Source of the DNA: Limisphaerales bacterium
Lineage (GTDB): Bacteria; Verrucomicrobiota; Verrucomicrobiia; Limisphaerales; AAA164-E04
Assembly (NCBI GenBank): GCA_965227305.1
Contig: OZ245740.1
Location: 9,449,524-9,513,523, forward strand
Reading direction: 5' to 3'
DNA: 64,000 nucleotides
Shown here: positions 45,660 to 55,000 of the stretch, piece after piece
How positions within the stretch are numbered: the stretch's first letter is position 1
How the letters are laid out: every line of letters starts with the position of its first letter
Translations under genes and position numbers: made by a program
Notes under the pieces: model-generated
Databases searched by the model: none
Seen by the model: the letters and a program-made list of their open reading frames with translations, nothing else
What the model was told of the DNA's origin: nothing

Positions 45660-45702
45660 ATTTTTCCCGTTCCCGATGCGGTTGCTGTCTCCTTGGCGAG
45701 GC

Positions 45703-48700
45703 CTATTCGGCAAGTAAATCGATCAGCCGGAAGAAGCCGTATCCTTCGATAAACGGGGTTTGTCCGGGGGGTGCTACGATGGTGGGGCCGACTCGGCTGT
45801 CGATGATGAGTGGGGATCGTTCTCCTGGTGTGCGTCTCGGTGCGAGGACGGGGAACCAGGGACCATCGAAGCGACTCGCCGCTTGTAGTTGGAGACGGAT
45901 CGAATCTTCCCACTCCAACTGAATGAGTCCCGTGTCTGTGATGCTTACGGCTAAGGTCCGATTCCCGAGAGGAGGGAGGTCGATTGCTGGCGTTTCCCGC
46001 AGACGGAAGGGGCTGGTCGGGAGCGAGGGCGGTGGGAGCAATACATCCGGTGCGTTCAGCGTGAGTTCGACGATCCCTGATTCCCCTCTTAGCGGGGCGT
46101 CCGCGCGTTCGACCGCTCCGCTCCAGGCCCGCAATTGTACGAATGCGGTCGTCCCCACAAAGGGTAGCTCCACAACGCCGCCGGCAAACGTGCCCAGGGC
46201 AAATACCGTGATCGGCTCACAGACCGGCTGCAACTGAGTCCGGGTTGGTCCGGCCCAGATTTGTCCGATGACGTTGTTTCCGGCGAGACTGCCATCGGGA
46301 TTCATCACGGCTCCCTGGGTGTTGAGAAAGTTCAGGAGACCTCCTCGCCCAGGCTTCGGACAGTCGGCCATTGTTGGGGGGAGCCCGATACCGGGATCCG
46401 GGGTTGGGTTCACGGGTGGTTCCACCACGGGAGGTTCTGGAGTTGGCGGCTCTGCTAGAGCCAGGCCCATGACCCAAGTCGGGTTCTCGCGGAGCGCTCC
46501 GTGCGAAGCACTCGATGCGCCGGGCACGGTATTCCGAGTTTCGGCAGCGTCGGGTCCTTCGTCGAAGGGATAGTAGGCGACCAAACCTTCCTCGTCGCCA
46601 TTGAGTCGGCGAGTGCGATGCTCGGCGATATCCGCCAAGCTCCGGTCGGTGGCCCAGATTCTGAGCTCATCAATCCCACCTTGCCAAAACTCCCCTCCAC
46701 CGAATTGTTGTCCGATGTCTGTCCACAGCTCACGAGACGGGTTGGGAATCGCTCGACCCAGGGTTGCGCCCCCAGACGCGTCGAGAAATACGTGCGTGTT
46801 CTGGGAGCTTCGGACCAAGGCCACATGGTGCCACTGCCCGTCCGTTGGGAGTCGGACTCCGGTGTCCGACCACGCATCGCCCGCTCGGATATTTCCCTCG
46901 GGGGTCATGCCGACGTAGAAGCGGGGGAATCGGGCTTCGTTTGCTTGGCTGAGTGCTTCTCGAAAGATTCCGAGGGCGCTCTCGTCCATCCGATACCAAA
47001 ACTCGATGGTGAAATTTCCTTCGGTGGGAATGATGCTTTGGGGGATACGCACGTAGTCGTCATTCCCATCGAATTCGAGCGCGTAGTTGAGCGCGGGATC
47101 GCTGGGTGAGGGATTGGGGTCCGTAGGCTCAGGATCGGTCGGATCCGTCGGAGGGGGGGGGAGATTGCCGGACCCCCCGGAGATGCCAAAGAAGCCGTTA
47201 CGCCGACCACCCGTGGTGGGGGCATTCTCAGGGTCGAGGGGATTGTAGTGTTGGGCGACTTCTTCTCCGTCCGAGGCATCGTCCCCGTCGGTGTCCCATT
47301 CGTGAGGATCGGTTCCGGTGTGTTGCGGGTCGATGAAGAATCTGGTGTTGGTTTCGTAGCCGTCGAGTAGTCCGTCATCATCCGAATCCGGGTCCAACGG
47401 ATCCGTCCCTGTTACGGAGGCAGCGATCCATATGCCGGTGTTGGTTTCCTGATGGTCGAGCAGACCATCGCCGTCCGTATCGGCGTTTCGCGGATCCGTG
47501 CCTCGTTCGAATTCTTGCAGATTCGTCAGCTGATCGCCGTCCCAGTTTTTATCTGCGTCCGAGGGAGCCGGGCGAGTGGTGAGTTCATGATCGATGCCTC
47601 CGAGTGGGCGTAAGAAGGTGTTGTGAATGGGAGCGGACTGGTTGTTGGGCAAGGGGTCTCCGGGGCGTTGCCAGGCAATCGTCAGCGTCTCGTTGTTACT
47701 CTGCTCCCGCATGACCGCCTCGTAGAAGTAGCGTTGTCCGGCTTCCATCCAGATCGGATCGGAGAGTGGTTGAGTGGGGGTGGCGGCCACCATTCGGGTC
47801 CCGGTGGGCGATGGGTCGAGGCTCAAGTGGAACTCAGCCGGGTTCGGGGAGTTGAGCCGGAAGGTATGGAACCCGGTCTCGGTCGGAACGATGAATCCCG
47901 TCAGAACGAGTCCGTAGCCGCGGCCGTTTCCGGGAGTGTTGGTGAGATGGGGCAAGGTCTCTGTTCGAAGATTGGGGTGAGACGCCGGGAAGGAGCCGAA
48001 CCCTCTCGGTGCCGGATAGAATCCCTCCAGGCCTTGGCCGCCCGCATTGGGGAACACAATGCGCGTGGTGCCGCGGGCATCGGGATCCGAGTCCAGTTCC
48101 CAGGGAGCGAGAACGGCCGGCGAGAAACGCAGACGATCGAGATCTCCATTGAACTTGAACCCTTCTCGAAACTCGGCGGGCGCGCCGCCGCCCGGACGGA
48201 ATCGGGTGACTTCCACGCCCACGTTGGCCGTTGCGGATTGGCCCAGCGTGAGGCCCAATTCTGCGGTGCTTAGACTCATGGGCTTGGTGCCGGCGGGTTG
48301 GCCGTCAATGTAGAACCGAATATCACCGCGCACCGGGGATACTTGGGCAATGTGGTGCCACTGACCGTCGTTGGGAATCGACTGGTCGGAGAGAAAGCGA
48401 CCTTCAACAGAGTAAAACATGCCGAGGCGCCCATCCTCGGTAAGATAGAATCGATACCAGCGATCGGCGCTGTTCGATCCGCTGACGATCGTGCCAAACC
48501 TGGAGGCCGTGTTGGTCGGGTGACGAACCCAAGCCTCAATGCTGAAGCCGTCGAAGCCCGCGCGCACGATCGCTGGAGCGTTATCGAATCGAAGCGTTCG
48601 GTTGCCGTCAAACGAGACGTAGCGGTCCCCGCGGAGTCCACTGGGGCCATCGCCGATTCTAAACTCAGGTCGGTTCTCCGATTCATTGCGGAATGAGCCG

Positions 48701-51700
48701 GCTTGGTAGGCCATCCTCGGATCATCGAAATCGAATGCTTCGGCGAGAAAACGAGCGGGTAGGCTGGGCTCGGGGCGATCGGACTTATCTTGGCATTCGC
48801 AGTATGCCTCCCAGCGCTCGCGATCGAGGACGCGATTGGGGACTAAGTAGTCCACGACGAAGAATCGATGTTCGTAGCCCAAATTCGACTGCGAGGACAC
48901 TTCGTAAAGATAAGGAATGTAATTATACTTACAGATCTCTTTGTCGAGGGAAGCGAAGTTACTGACGGATCCCGCAATTTCGAGACTCTTGCCGTAGGTG
49001 GTGGTGGTCGTGGATTCCTCATCGATGCCCGTGGAGAATTCGTAGCCGCCGCCGAATTCCACGTCGATGCCGAAGGCTCCGGTGGCGAGATCCAGCTCGG
49101 CGCCGATGCGGACGGCTGAGGAGGTTGTGCTCCCTTCGAATCGGGACGTGTCCGTATCTTGTTGGAGGCTCCAGCCAACGGAGCCATTCCCGACACTGAC
49201 GATTTCGTTTGCCAAACCTGGATCCTGGGTTCCGTCCCATTGGACGCGGCCGCGGGTCTCCACCCAGCGAAAGCTTCCCTTGGGGTCATAGAGCTGGACC
49301 TCAAAGAGGTCGTTTGGGCGGCGGAAACTGCGGCGGAGGGCGGTGGGGTAGCGGTGCGGATCGACGTGGGTAGGACCAAAGACTTGCGCTTCGGTGAGGC
49401 TCAGTGTGCCGGTTCCTTCGCGTTGTACGCGTACGAAGCGGCCGACCACGTCCGCCTTGTTCTTCTGGGTCAGGAAATGCAGCGTCTCCAAGCCATTGCC
49501 CCGGTGAAAGAAACTAGCAACGTTGCCATCCCGTTTTAGCTCGCTCAGGGTTTTGCTTCCGAACGGTGTGGGGGAGACAAACACCCACACGTCCTTGAGT
49601 TCGTCGCGGATGTGGTCGGTTCGATTGTAGAGGCGGACATGCCGAATGGTGGTTTGTTCTCCGAGGTCTACCTGCCACCACGGTTCGAGTTCGGAACGGG
49701 TGGCGGATACGGAATTGCCTTCGAATCGGGGATCCAGTTTGCCATCGATCGCCCGATCGGCGGTGGCATTTAAGAGCGTGCTGGATTGGGAAGCGAATTG
49801 CTCCCGGAACAAGGCGAGGTTGGCCCAATCCCGAAGGACGGGAGCCCAACTGGGGACGCTGTTCGTCGCGACGAGTTGATCCCAGTCATTGAGGCTGAAT
49901 CCGGCATTGTTGGCGGACTTGAATTCGGAGAACCGCATTTGCCCATCGAGCAAGTTGCCGTCCGTGCTCATTTGGTAGTTGAATGCCTGGTACTCCGTTT
50001 CAGAGTAGCGAACGAGTGCCTCGCCGACCTCGATCGCATTGCTGCTCGAAACGCTCTGTGTTTCGCTGCGTTCCGTTCCGGTTTGCGTGCTGTTGCCGAG
50101 ATCTAAGCCGCCCGTCACGCGCATGGTTGCTTCAAGCTCGAAGAGTCCCAGGATATCGATGTCTTGTGTGTTCCCGACATATGCCGAGATGGAGTGACCG
50201 TGGGATACCGTCAGAGCGTCGCTCGTGCTACTGCCGGCAGAGTTCCCGCGAGCGATCTCGGCGGAGCGATCCAGGTCTCCCTGTAGATGTTCCCAATACG
50301 GCGGGACAAACGCGACGGCCGTGAGTTGGCGCTCGGTGACGGTCCTGCATGCGAGGCCTTCGTTCACGGGCTCGAAGGTGGCGACCAACGAGTCAAAGTT
50401 TCGATCCCCCAACGCAATGACGGGAGATTCTGTGAACTGGCCCGGTTCCAGGTTGGCGAAGGTGGTGTTTTCGATGAGTTGTGGATTCGGGGAGAAGACT
50501 TCGCGTAGGTGGACGAGGCGAAGCTGGTTCCGATTGTCGACGATCGCTACGACGATGTCATGAAAGCCGTCGCCATCCAGATCGCCGACTTGGGAGTGGA
50601 GTTTGGCGATGTTGCTATTGGAGAGATTGCCATTGGGGCCGTTAAACAGGCTTTGAGCAACGATATTGCGAGTGGCACTCAGGGTGCGAACCTGCCAGCG
50701 GCTTTGCGAACTGTTGAAGTAGGTGAGCACGATTTCGCGCAGCCCGTCACCGTCGGTATCGCCGAGGGCCAGGTTGAGCCCTTTAGTGGAATCGTTCGAG
50801 GCTTGGGCTAGGGTCCACTCGGTTTGGCTGGTGATGGATGCGGCGGCTGTCCCGTCGGTTGCTGGAGTCACGCGCAGGACTTCGACGGTCAGGCTGACGT
50901 TTTGGAGGGGATCTCCCGACGCGGGCGTGCCGGTGGCGAGGACGATTTCGTTGCCGGGGCGTTCGCCCACTGGGCCAATGGCTAGTTGGATGCGCTCGGG
51001 GAGTTGCGGGGTGGTGCGGCGTCGGGCGACTTCGCGAAGATTGGAATCACCGTCGGGGGTGCGTTCGCGGTGCCACTCAAGAACAATGATCTCCAGAAAC
51101 CCATCGCGAGTCAGCGCGAGGACGATGTTGTCGCGCGCATCCCCGGTCACGTCGCCGACCGCCATCGCCATGTGGTTGACGCGAGAACGTTCGTTGGGGG
51201 GCAAGCGCCAGTGGGCGTTGGCCAACTGAGGGTCCGCGGCGATGGAGCCGTCGGTTTCATTGGTATCCAAGACGTAGACGACGGGAGTAGGGACCGGGCC
51301 CTGTTCCAGTCCCCCCAGGATGACACTGTTGGGTTTGCCACCGTTTTCGAGAAGGATGCCGTCGAGGTTGCCGGTGGCCACGTGAAGATCCGGAATCGAG
51401 ATCGCGCCATGCCACCGGAGATTGGTGATGGGGGGCGTGGTGCGGTAGTTGGTGGTGGCGACTTGAGTGATGGTCTGGCCGGAGTTATCGGTGGTGTTCC
51501 AGGCTTGGATGAATTCGTCGTAGCCGTCGGCGTTGAGATCGGCGGCCGTTGCTCGGTGAGAATCGGTGAATCGGGTTTGGGCGACTTCCGCTTGGAACGG
51601 GCCGGGTTGGTAATTGACCAAGCGTTTGGGGGCGGTGGGGGTGTCTTGCAGTTGGTCTAGCGTGCGCCAGAAGAGGCTGTGGCGGGTCGCCCCGATGCTC

Positions 51701-51849
51701 CCGCGAGAGAGGCCACCAAGATAAATCTCGTGTTCGCCTCCGAGTTCGAAGGTTTTTCCGAAGGGCGACAGCAGGCAGTCTTGGGCGAGGGCGGACTGGC
51801 TGAACCAGAGAGCCAAAACTGTGATGAAGAGCTGTTTTTTTGTTCTCAT
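45703..51849 (-). CDS. Giant exported adhesin-like protein: FG-GAP/VCBS repeats, F5/8 type C (discoidin), two LamG, PA14 and thrombospondin type-3 Ca-binding repeats
   Basis: 2048 aa. Signal MRTKKQLFITVLALWFSQSALAQ. FG-GAP-like repeats: GDVTGDARDNIVLA, GDTDGDGLREIVL, GDLDGDGFHDIVVA. Discoidin-like block EPWWQVDLGEQTTIRHVRLYNR. LamG-like blocks DGQWHHIAQV and DGQWHHVALV...GGIDELRIW. PA14-like block GLVLTGFIVPTETGFHTFRLNS...LTIAWQRPG. TSP3-like repeats DTDGDGLLDHQE, DSDDDGLLDGYE, DTDGDDASDGEE. Confidence 0.85.
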   Translation of the reverse strand: MRTKKQLFITVLALWFSQSALAQDCLLSPFGKTFELGGEHEIYLGGLSRGSIGATRHSLFWRTLDQLQDTPTAPKRLVNYQPGPFQAEVAQTRFTDSHRATAADLNADGYDEFIQAWNTTDNSGQTITQVATTNYRTTPPITNLRWHGAISIPDLHVATGNLDGILLENGGKPNSVILGGLEQGPVPTPVVYVLDTNETDGSIAADPQLANAHWRLPPNERSRVNHMAMAVGDVTGDARDNIVLALTRDGFLEIIVLEWHRERTPDGDSNLREVARRRTTPQLPERIQLAIGPVGERPGNEIVLATGTPASGDPLQNVSLTVEVLRVTPATDGTAAASITSQTEWTLAQASNDSTKGLNLALGDTDGDGLREIVLTYFNSSQSRWQVRTLSATRNIVAQSLFNGPNGNLSNSNIAKLHSQVGDLDGDGFHDIVVAIVDNRNQLRLVHLREVFSPNPQLIENTTFANLEPGQFTESPVIALGDRNFDSLVATFEPVNEGLACRTVTERQLTAVAFVPPYWEHLQGDLDRSAEIARGNSAGSSTSDALTVSHGHSISAYVGNTQDIDILGLFELEATMRVTGGLDLGNSTQTGTERSETQSVSSSNAIEVGEALVRYSETEYQAFNYQMSTDGNLLDGQMRFSEFKSANNAGFSLNDWDQLVATNSVPSWAPVLRDWANLALFREQFASQSSTLLNATADRAIDGKLDPRFEGNSVSATRSELEPWWQVDLGEQTTIRHVRLYNRTDHIRDELKDVWVFVSPTPFGSKTLSELKRDGNVASFFHRGNGLETLHFLTQKNKADVVGRFVRVQREGTGTLSLTEAQVFGPTHVDPHRYPTALRRSFRRPNDLFEVQLYDPKGSFRWVETRGRVQWDGTQDPGLANEIVSVGNGSVGWSLQQDTDTSRFEGSTTSSAVRIGAELDLATGAFGIDVEFGGGYEFSTGIDEESTTTTTYGKSLEIAGSVSNFASLDKEICKYNYIPYLYEVSSQSNLGYEHRFFVVDYLVPNRVLDRERWEAYCECQDKSDRPEPSLPARFLAEAFDFDDPRMAYQAGSFRNESENRPEFRIGDGPSGLRGDRYVSFDGNRTLRFDNAPAIVRAGFDGFSIEAWVRHPTNTASRFGTIVSGSNSADRWYRFYLTEDGRLGMFYSVEGRFLSDQSIPNDGQWHHIAQVSPVRGDIRFYIDGQPAGTKPMSLSTAELGLTLGQSATANVGVEVTRFRPGGGAPAEFREGFKFNGDLDRLRFSPAVLAPWELDSDPDARGTTRIVFPNAGGQGLEGFYPAPRGFGSFPASHPNLRTETLPHLTNTPGNGRGYGLVLTGFIVPTETGFHTFRLNSPNPAEFHLSLDPSPTGTRMVAATPTQPLSDPIWMEAGQRYFYEAVMREQSNNETLTIAWQRPGDPLPNNQSAPIHNTFLRPLGGIDHELTTRPAPSDADKNWDGDQLTNLQEFERGTDPRNADTDGDGLLDHQETNTGIWIAASVTGTDPLDPDSDDDGLLDGYETNTRFFIDPQHTGTDPHEWDTDGDDASDGEEVAQHYNPLDPENAPTTGGRRNGFFGISGGSGNLPPPPTDPTDPEPTDPNPSPSDPALNYALEFDGNDDYVRIPQSIIPTEGNFTIEFWYRMDESALGIFREALSQANEARFPRFYVGMTPEGNIRAGDAWSDTGVRLPTDGQWHHVALVRSSQNTHVFLDASGGATLGRAIPNPSRELWTDIGQQFGGGEFWQGGIDELRIWATDRSLADIAEHRTRRLNGDEEGLVAYYPFDEGPDAAETRNTVPGASSASHGALRENPTWVMGLALAEPPTPEPPVVEPPVNPTPDPGIGLPPTMADCPKPGRGGLLNFLNTQGAVMNPDGSLAGNNVIGQIWAGPTRTQLQPVCEPITVFALGTFAGGVVELPFVGTTAFVQLRAWSGAVERADAPLRGESGIVELTLNAPDVLLPPPSLPTSPFRLRETPAIDLPPLGNRTLAVSITDTGLIQLEWEDSIRLQLQAASRFDGPWFPVLAPRRTPGERSPLIIDSRVGPTIVAPPGQTPFIEGYGFFRLIDLLAE

Positions 51850-51920
51850 AGAATTCCGTTCGGGGGTGCTATCGGAATTTCTTGGGAAACGTTTCGGGTT
51901 TATTTTTATTTTTTTTGAAC

Positions 51921-51946
51921 CGCAGATTTCGCAGATGGACGCAGAT
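51921..51946. promoter_or_regulatory. Three direct CGCAGAT repeats at about one-helical-turn spacing in the divergent giant-gene / kinase-gene region
   Basis: cgcagat occurs at 51921, 51930 and 51940, flanked by T8 runs at 51909-51916 and 51949-51956. Confidence 0.3.
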
Positions 51947-51973
51947 TCTTTTTTTTCTGGGGCTGGCGGGGCT

Positions 51974-52037
51974 GGTAGGGCGAGCGTACTCGCGAGCCGT
52001 TGGGCAAGAGACGGGATCGTCTGCTCTAGGCCCTACC
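51974..52037. repeat. Palindromic intergenic repeat, copy f (solo arm / truncated)
   Basis: ggtagggcgagcgtactcgcgagccgttgggcaagag matches the arm plus flank of copy a. The second arm is missing; only ccctacc (52031-52037) is left to pair with the first 7 nt. Confidence 0.75.
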
Positions 52038-52086
52038 GGGTGCGAATCCGGTTCTCGTTGGGATCGAAGTATGCTTAACTCACGCC

Positions 52087-55000
52087 GTGGCTGAGGCTTA
52101 TAAGCGATATGAGCTGGGCGAATCTCTTGCTTCTGGGGGCATGGGGGAGATTCTTCTCGCGCGTGATATCGAGCTCAATCGCGAGGTGGCGCTCAAGCGC
52201 ATGTTGTTTGTGCCGGATGAGTCCGAAGGACCGGAAGCGGTACGCTATTTCGAACGGTTTTTGGAGGAGGCGCAGATCACTGCCCAGTTGGATCACCCTT
52301 CGATTGTGCCGATTCATAGCATTGGGTTTGAAGAGGACGGACGGGCTTTTTACACCATGCGGCTCGTGCGTGGCCGGGAGTTGGGGACGATTTTTCGCCT
52401 CGTGCGCGAAGGCGACGGGGGGTGGAATCAGTCTCGCGTGATCGGCATTTTGGTCAAAGTGTGTCAGGCGGTGGCCTATGCCCATGCCAAGGGGATTGCG
52501 CATCGCGATCTAAAGCCGAGCAACATCATGGTGGGGGAGTTGGGTGAGGTGTACGTCATGGATTGGGGGTTGGCTAAGGCGTTCGAATGCCTGCGCCGAG
52601 AGGCGTTGCGGGCGGAGATTCCCGGCGAGTCGAGTGGCGTTGATACGATTGCCGTGGTTCGCTCGCTGGATTCTGAAATTCATCGAGGCGATACGAAGAC
52701 GGGCAATATTGTCGGGACCCCGGCGTATTTGGCTCCGGAGTTGGCGATGGGGACTTCACACGCGGCGGCTCCGCAGGGGGATGTGTATGCGTTGGGTGCC
52801 GTGCTGTATCATTTGCTGTCCGGACACGCGCCTTACATGGGGAACGGACAGAGCACGACCGCCGAAGAAGTCATCCGTTCGTTGCAACGGGAAGCGCCAG
52901 TTGCGATTCCGCGACGAACGGGGGTTCCTGCCGAGTTGATAGCGATCTGCGAGCAGGCGATGGCACGGGAACCGAACCAACGGTACGCGACGTGCGCCCA
53001 GATGGCAGAGGATCTTCAGGCTTACCTGGATGGGCGCGTGGTTCGGGCATACGAATCCGGTAAAATCGCTCGGTTTCGAAAATGGGTGTTGCGGAACCGG
53101 TTTCTTGCGGTGGCGGCAACGATCGCGCTATTGGCCTTGGTGGCCGTGGCCTGGATTTCGACCTGGTCGAGTGTGAGGCTTACGGATGCGTTGGAGGAAA
53201 CCGAGCAAGAGCGGGAGCGCGCTGTGCAAGTGTTAGCGGAGTCTTTTTTCCTTCAAGGCGGGCAGTATTATCAGCAGCGCGATGTGCGGTCGGGGCTGGC
53301 CTATTGGGCCCAGGCTTTGGAGCAAGATCTCGAACACCATGCCGCAGCGGCTCGGATTGCGGCGATTTGCCTGCAGGAACGAATCCCGCTCCCCGCGAGC
53401 GCCCCGTTGCGAAGTAAGGGGCGCTTGAATGTGTTGGGGGTCGATCCTGCAGGACGCTACATCGCGTTAAGTGAGGTCGACTTTGGCGTGCGGGTTTGGG
53501 ATTCCTTGGAGAGCGCTTGGGTGGGGAACTGGCAGTTTGGCTCGGCGCCGCGAAGGCTCACTTTCTTGCCGCGGCAACGGCTTGTGGTGGTCTCCGTCGT
53601 TCATCCCAACTGGCAATCGGGCGAGCTACATTGGTTGGATCTCGACACGGGGGGGCATCGTTGGCCGCCCTATACCTTCGAGGGAAGCGTGACGGGGTTG
53701 AGCGTGACTGTCAGCGAAGACGAACGATTGCTAGCGGCGGGAGGTGTCGTTTGGTCATTGGAGGATGGCCGGGTCGTCTTGGCGCCCAACCCGGAGCCCG
53801 TGGCGGCGAAGCGGGCCAACTTTGGTCCGAGAACGGCGCTCAGTCCAGATGGGCGTTGGCTCTTGCTCGGAGCGGCGGATGGAACGGTGTTGGTCTATGA
53901 CGTTGCGGGGCGACGTGAGGTGGGGCGGATCCGGCTTCGTGTCGACAACGGGAACTTGGCGAGTGTGGCGTGGGGCCCCAAGGCAGTGGAGTTTCTGGTG
54001 TCCTTTGACGGGGGGCGAGGGTTCGTGCTGCGGCGGGAGACGATGGAGACTCAAGGGACGTTCACGGCGGCCGGCACGGCTTACGAGTCGTTTGCCCTGG
54101 ATGCAACGGACCGGAGCGTCTTCTTGGGGAGCGACGGAAGTATTCAATTCTGGGATCATGCGGCCAATCGACTCGATTCGCTCGAAATGGACCATGGGAG
54201 TTCGATTGTCACCGGGGCGCTTCGGGCTGATGAACGCCACTTGCTCACGGTTGGCGCAGACAATTTGTTGCGCGTTTGGGATACCACCTCGGGCCGGGCT
54301 GTTTGTGAACCCATTCCTTTCAGCGTAGGGGGCGGCTTTCATCGCGATCGGATCCTTTCGCTGAACGCGGATGGTTCTCTTGAGCAGTGGCGAGTCCCGG
54401 GTCGGGTAGCCGAGCCTGTGGTGCATCGTTTTGATACGTCTCAATGGGAATATGGACATTCGGCGGTTACGCCCGACGGTCAGTATCTTATTGGTCCCGG
54501 CGCCCGCGCGGTTGAACTCGCCACGGAAAAGCTGCTCTATGAAGAGACCGTGCCGGGGGCTTACGGGCGCGTGCTGGTTGCTGTGGCGCCGGATTCGGAG
54601 CAGTACGCGGTTACTTTGGACTCCCAGCGGCTGTCATTGCGGGTGGTTTCCACGGGCGAGATCGTTTGGGAGTCTGGTGAAGGCCCGGCATCCATAGTGG
54701 GCTTGAACTTCTCTCCTTCTGGGAAGTATTTGGCGGCAGTGGGGGCAGAGGGAGATCTTGCGGTATGGCGGGTTGAGGATGCCGAGGCGAAACCGACTCG
54801 TATCCGTTTTCAACAACCGATTGGGAAGCCGGCCACGATTCGATTCGATGCGAGTGAAACCCGAGTTTGCCTGTCTGAATGGGGCGGCGGTCACTTTGCT
54901 TGGAATATCGAATCGGGCGAGTTGATTGGCGACTATCCTCAGGGTGATCATGCGGTTTATTCTTTCTTTGCCGAAGGGACGAGTTTGCAGGCGTTGGTGG

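Noticed and set aside
45365-45913. ORFs that read through the palindromic repeats and yield recurring peptides ([19 protein letters not shown]). Examples are 4784-5398, 9162-9488, 40000-40470, 45365-45913, 45590-45922 and 51882-52094.
   Set aside because: The peptide similarity is explained entirely by the nucleotide repeat, and both strands give 'conserved' peptides. The ORFs otherwise overlap real genes or have no coding features. I treat them as non-coding repeat elements.
47153-47161. Homopolymer tracts inside genes for large exported proteins, as possible phase-variation switches: G9 (C9 on the coding strand) in the giant adhesin gene, G8 at 59333-59340 and G8 at 25431-25438.
   Set aside because: A rough estimate for ~29% G and ~29% C gives about 1-2 runs of 9 or more and about 6 runs of 8 or more by chance in 64 kb on both strands. 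The observed number is therefore not enriched. The tracts simply encode Pro-Pro-Pro-Pro or Gly-Gly. They are worth remembering only as sequencing-error hotspots.
4842-52037. Whether the repeated 28-nt arms could be a CRISPR array.
   Set aside because: The copies are kilobases apart and occur as inverted pairs rather than evenly spaced direct repeats. There are no spacers of uniform size and no cas genes in the window.
52031-52055. tRNA-like T-arm: accgg-gtgcgaat-ccggt, containing GCGAATCC.
   Set aside because: The loop is 8 nt rather than the canonical 7-nt T-loop. No complementary acceptor 5' strand (aacgaga) lies about 65 nt upstream, and no D or anticodon arms can be drawn. The segment is the tail of repeat copy f.
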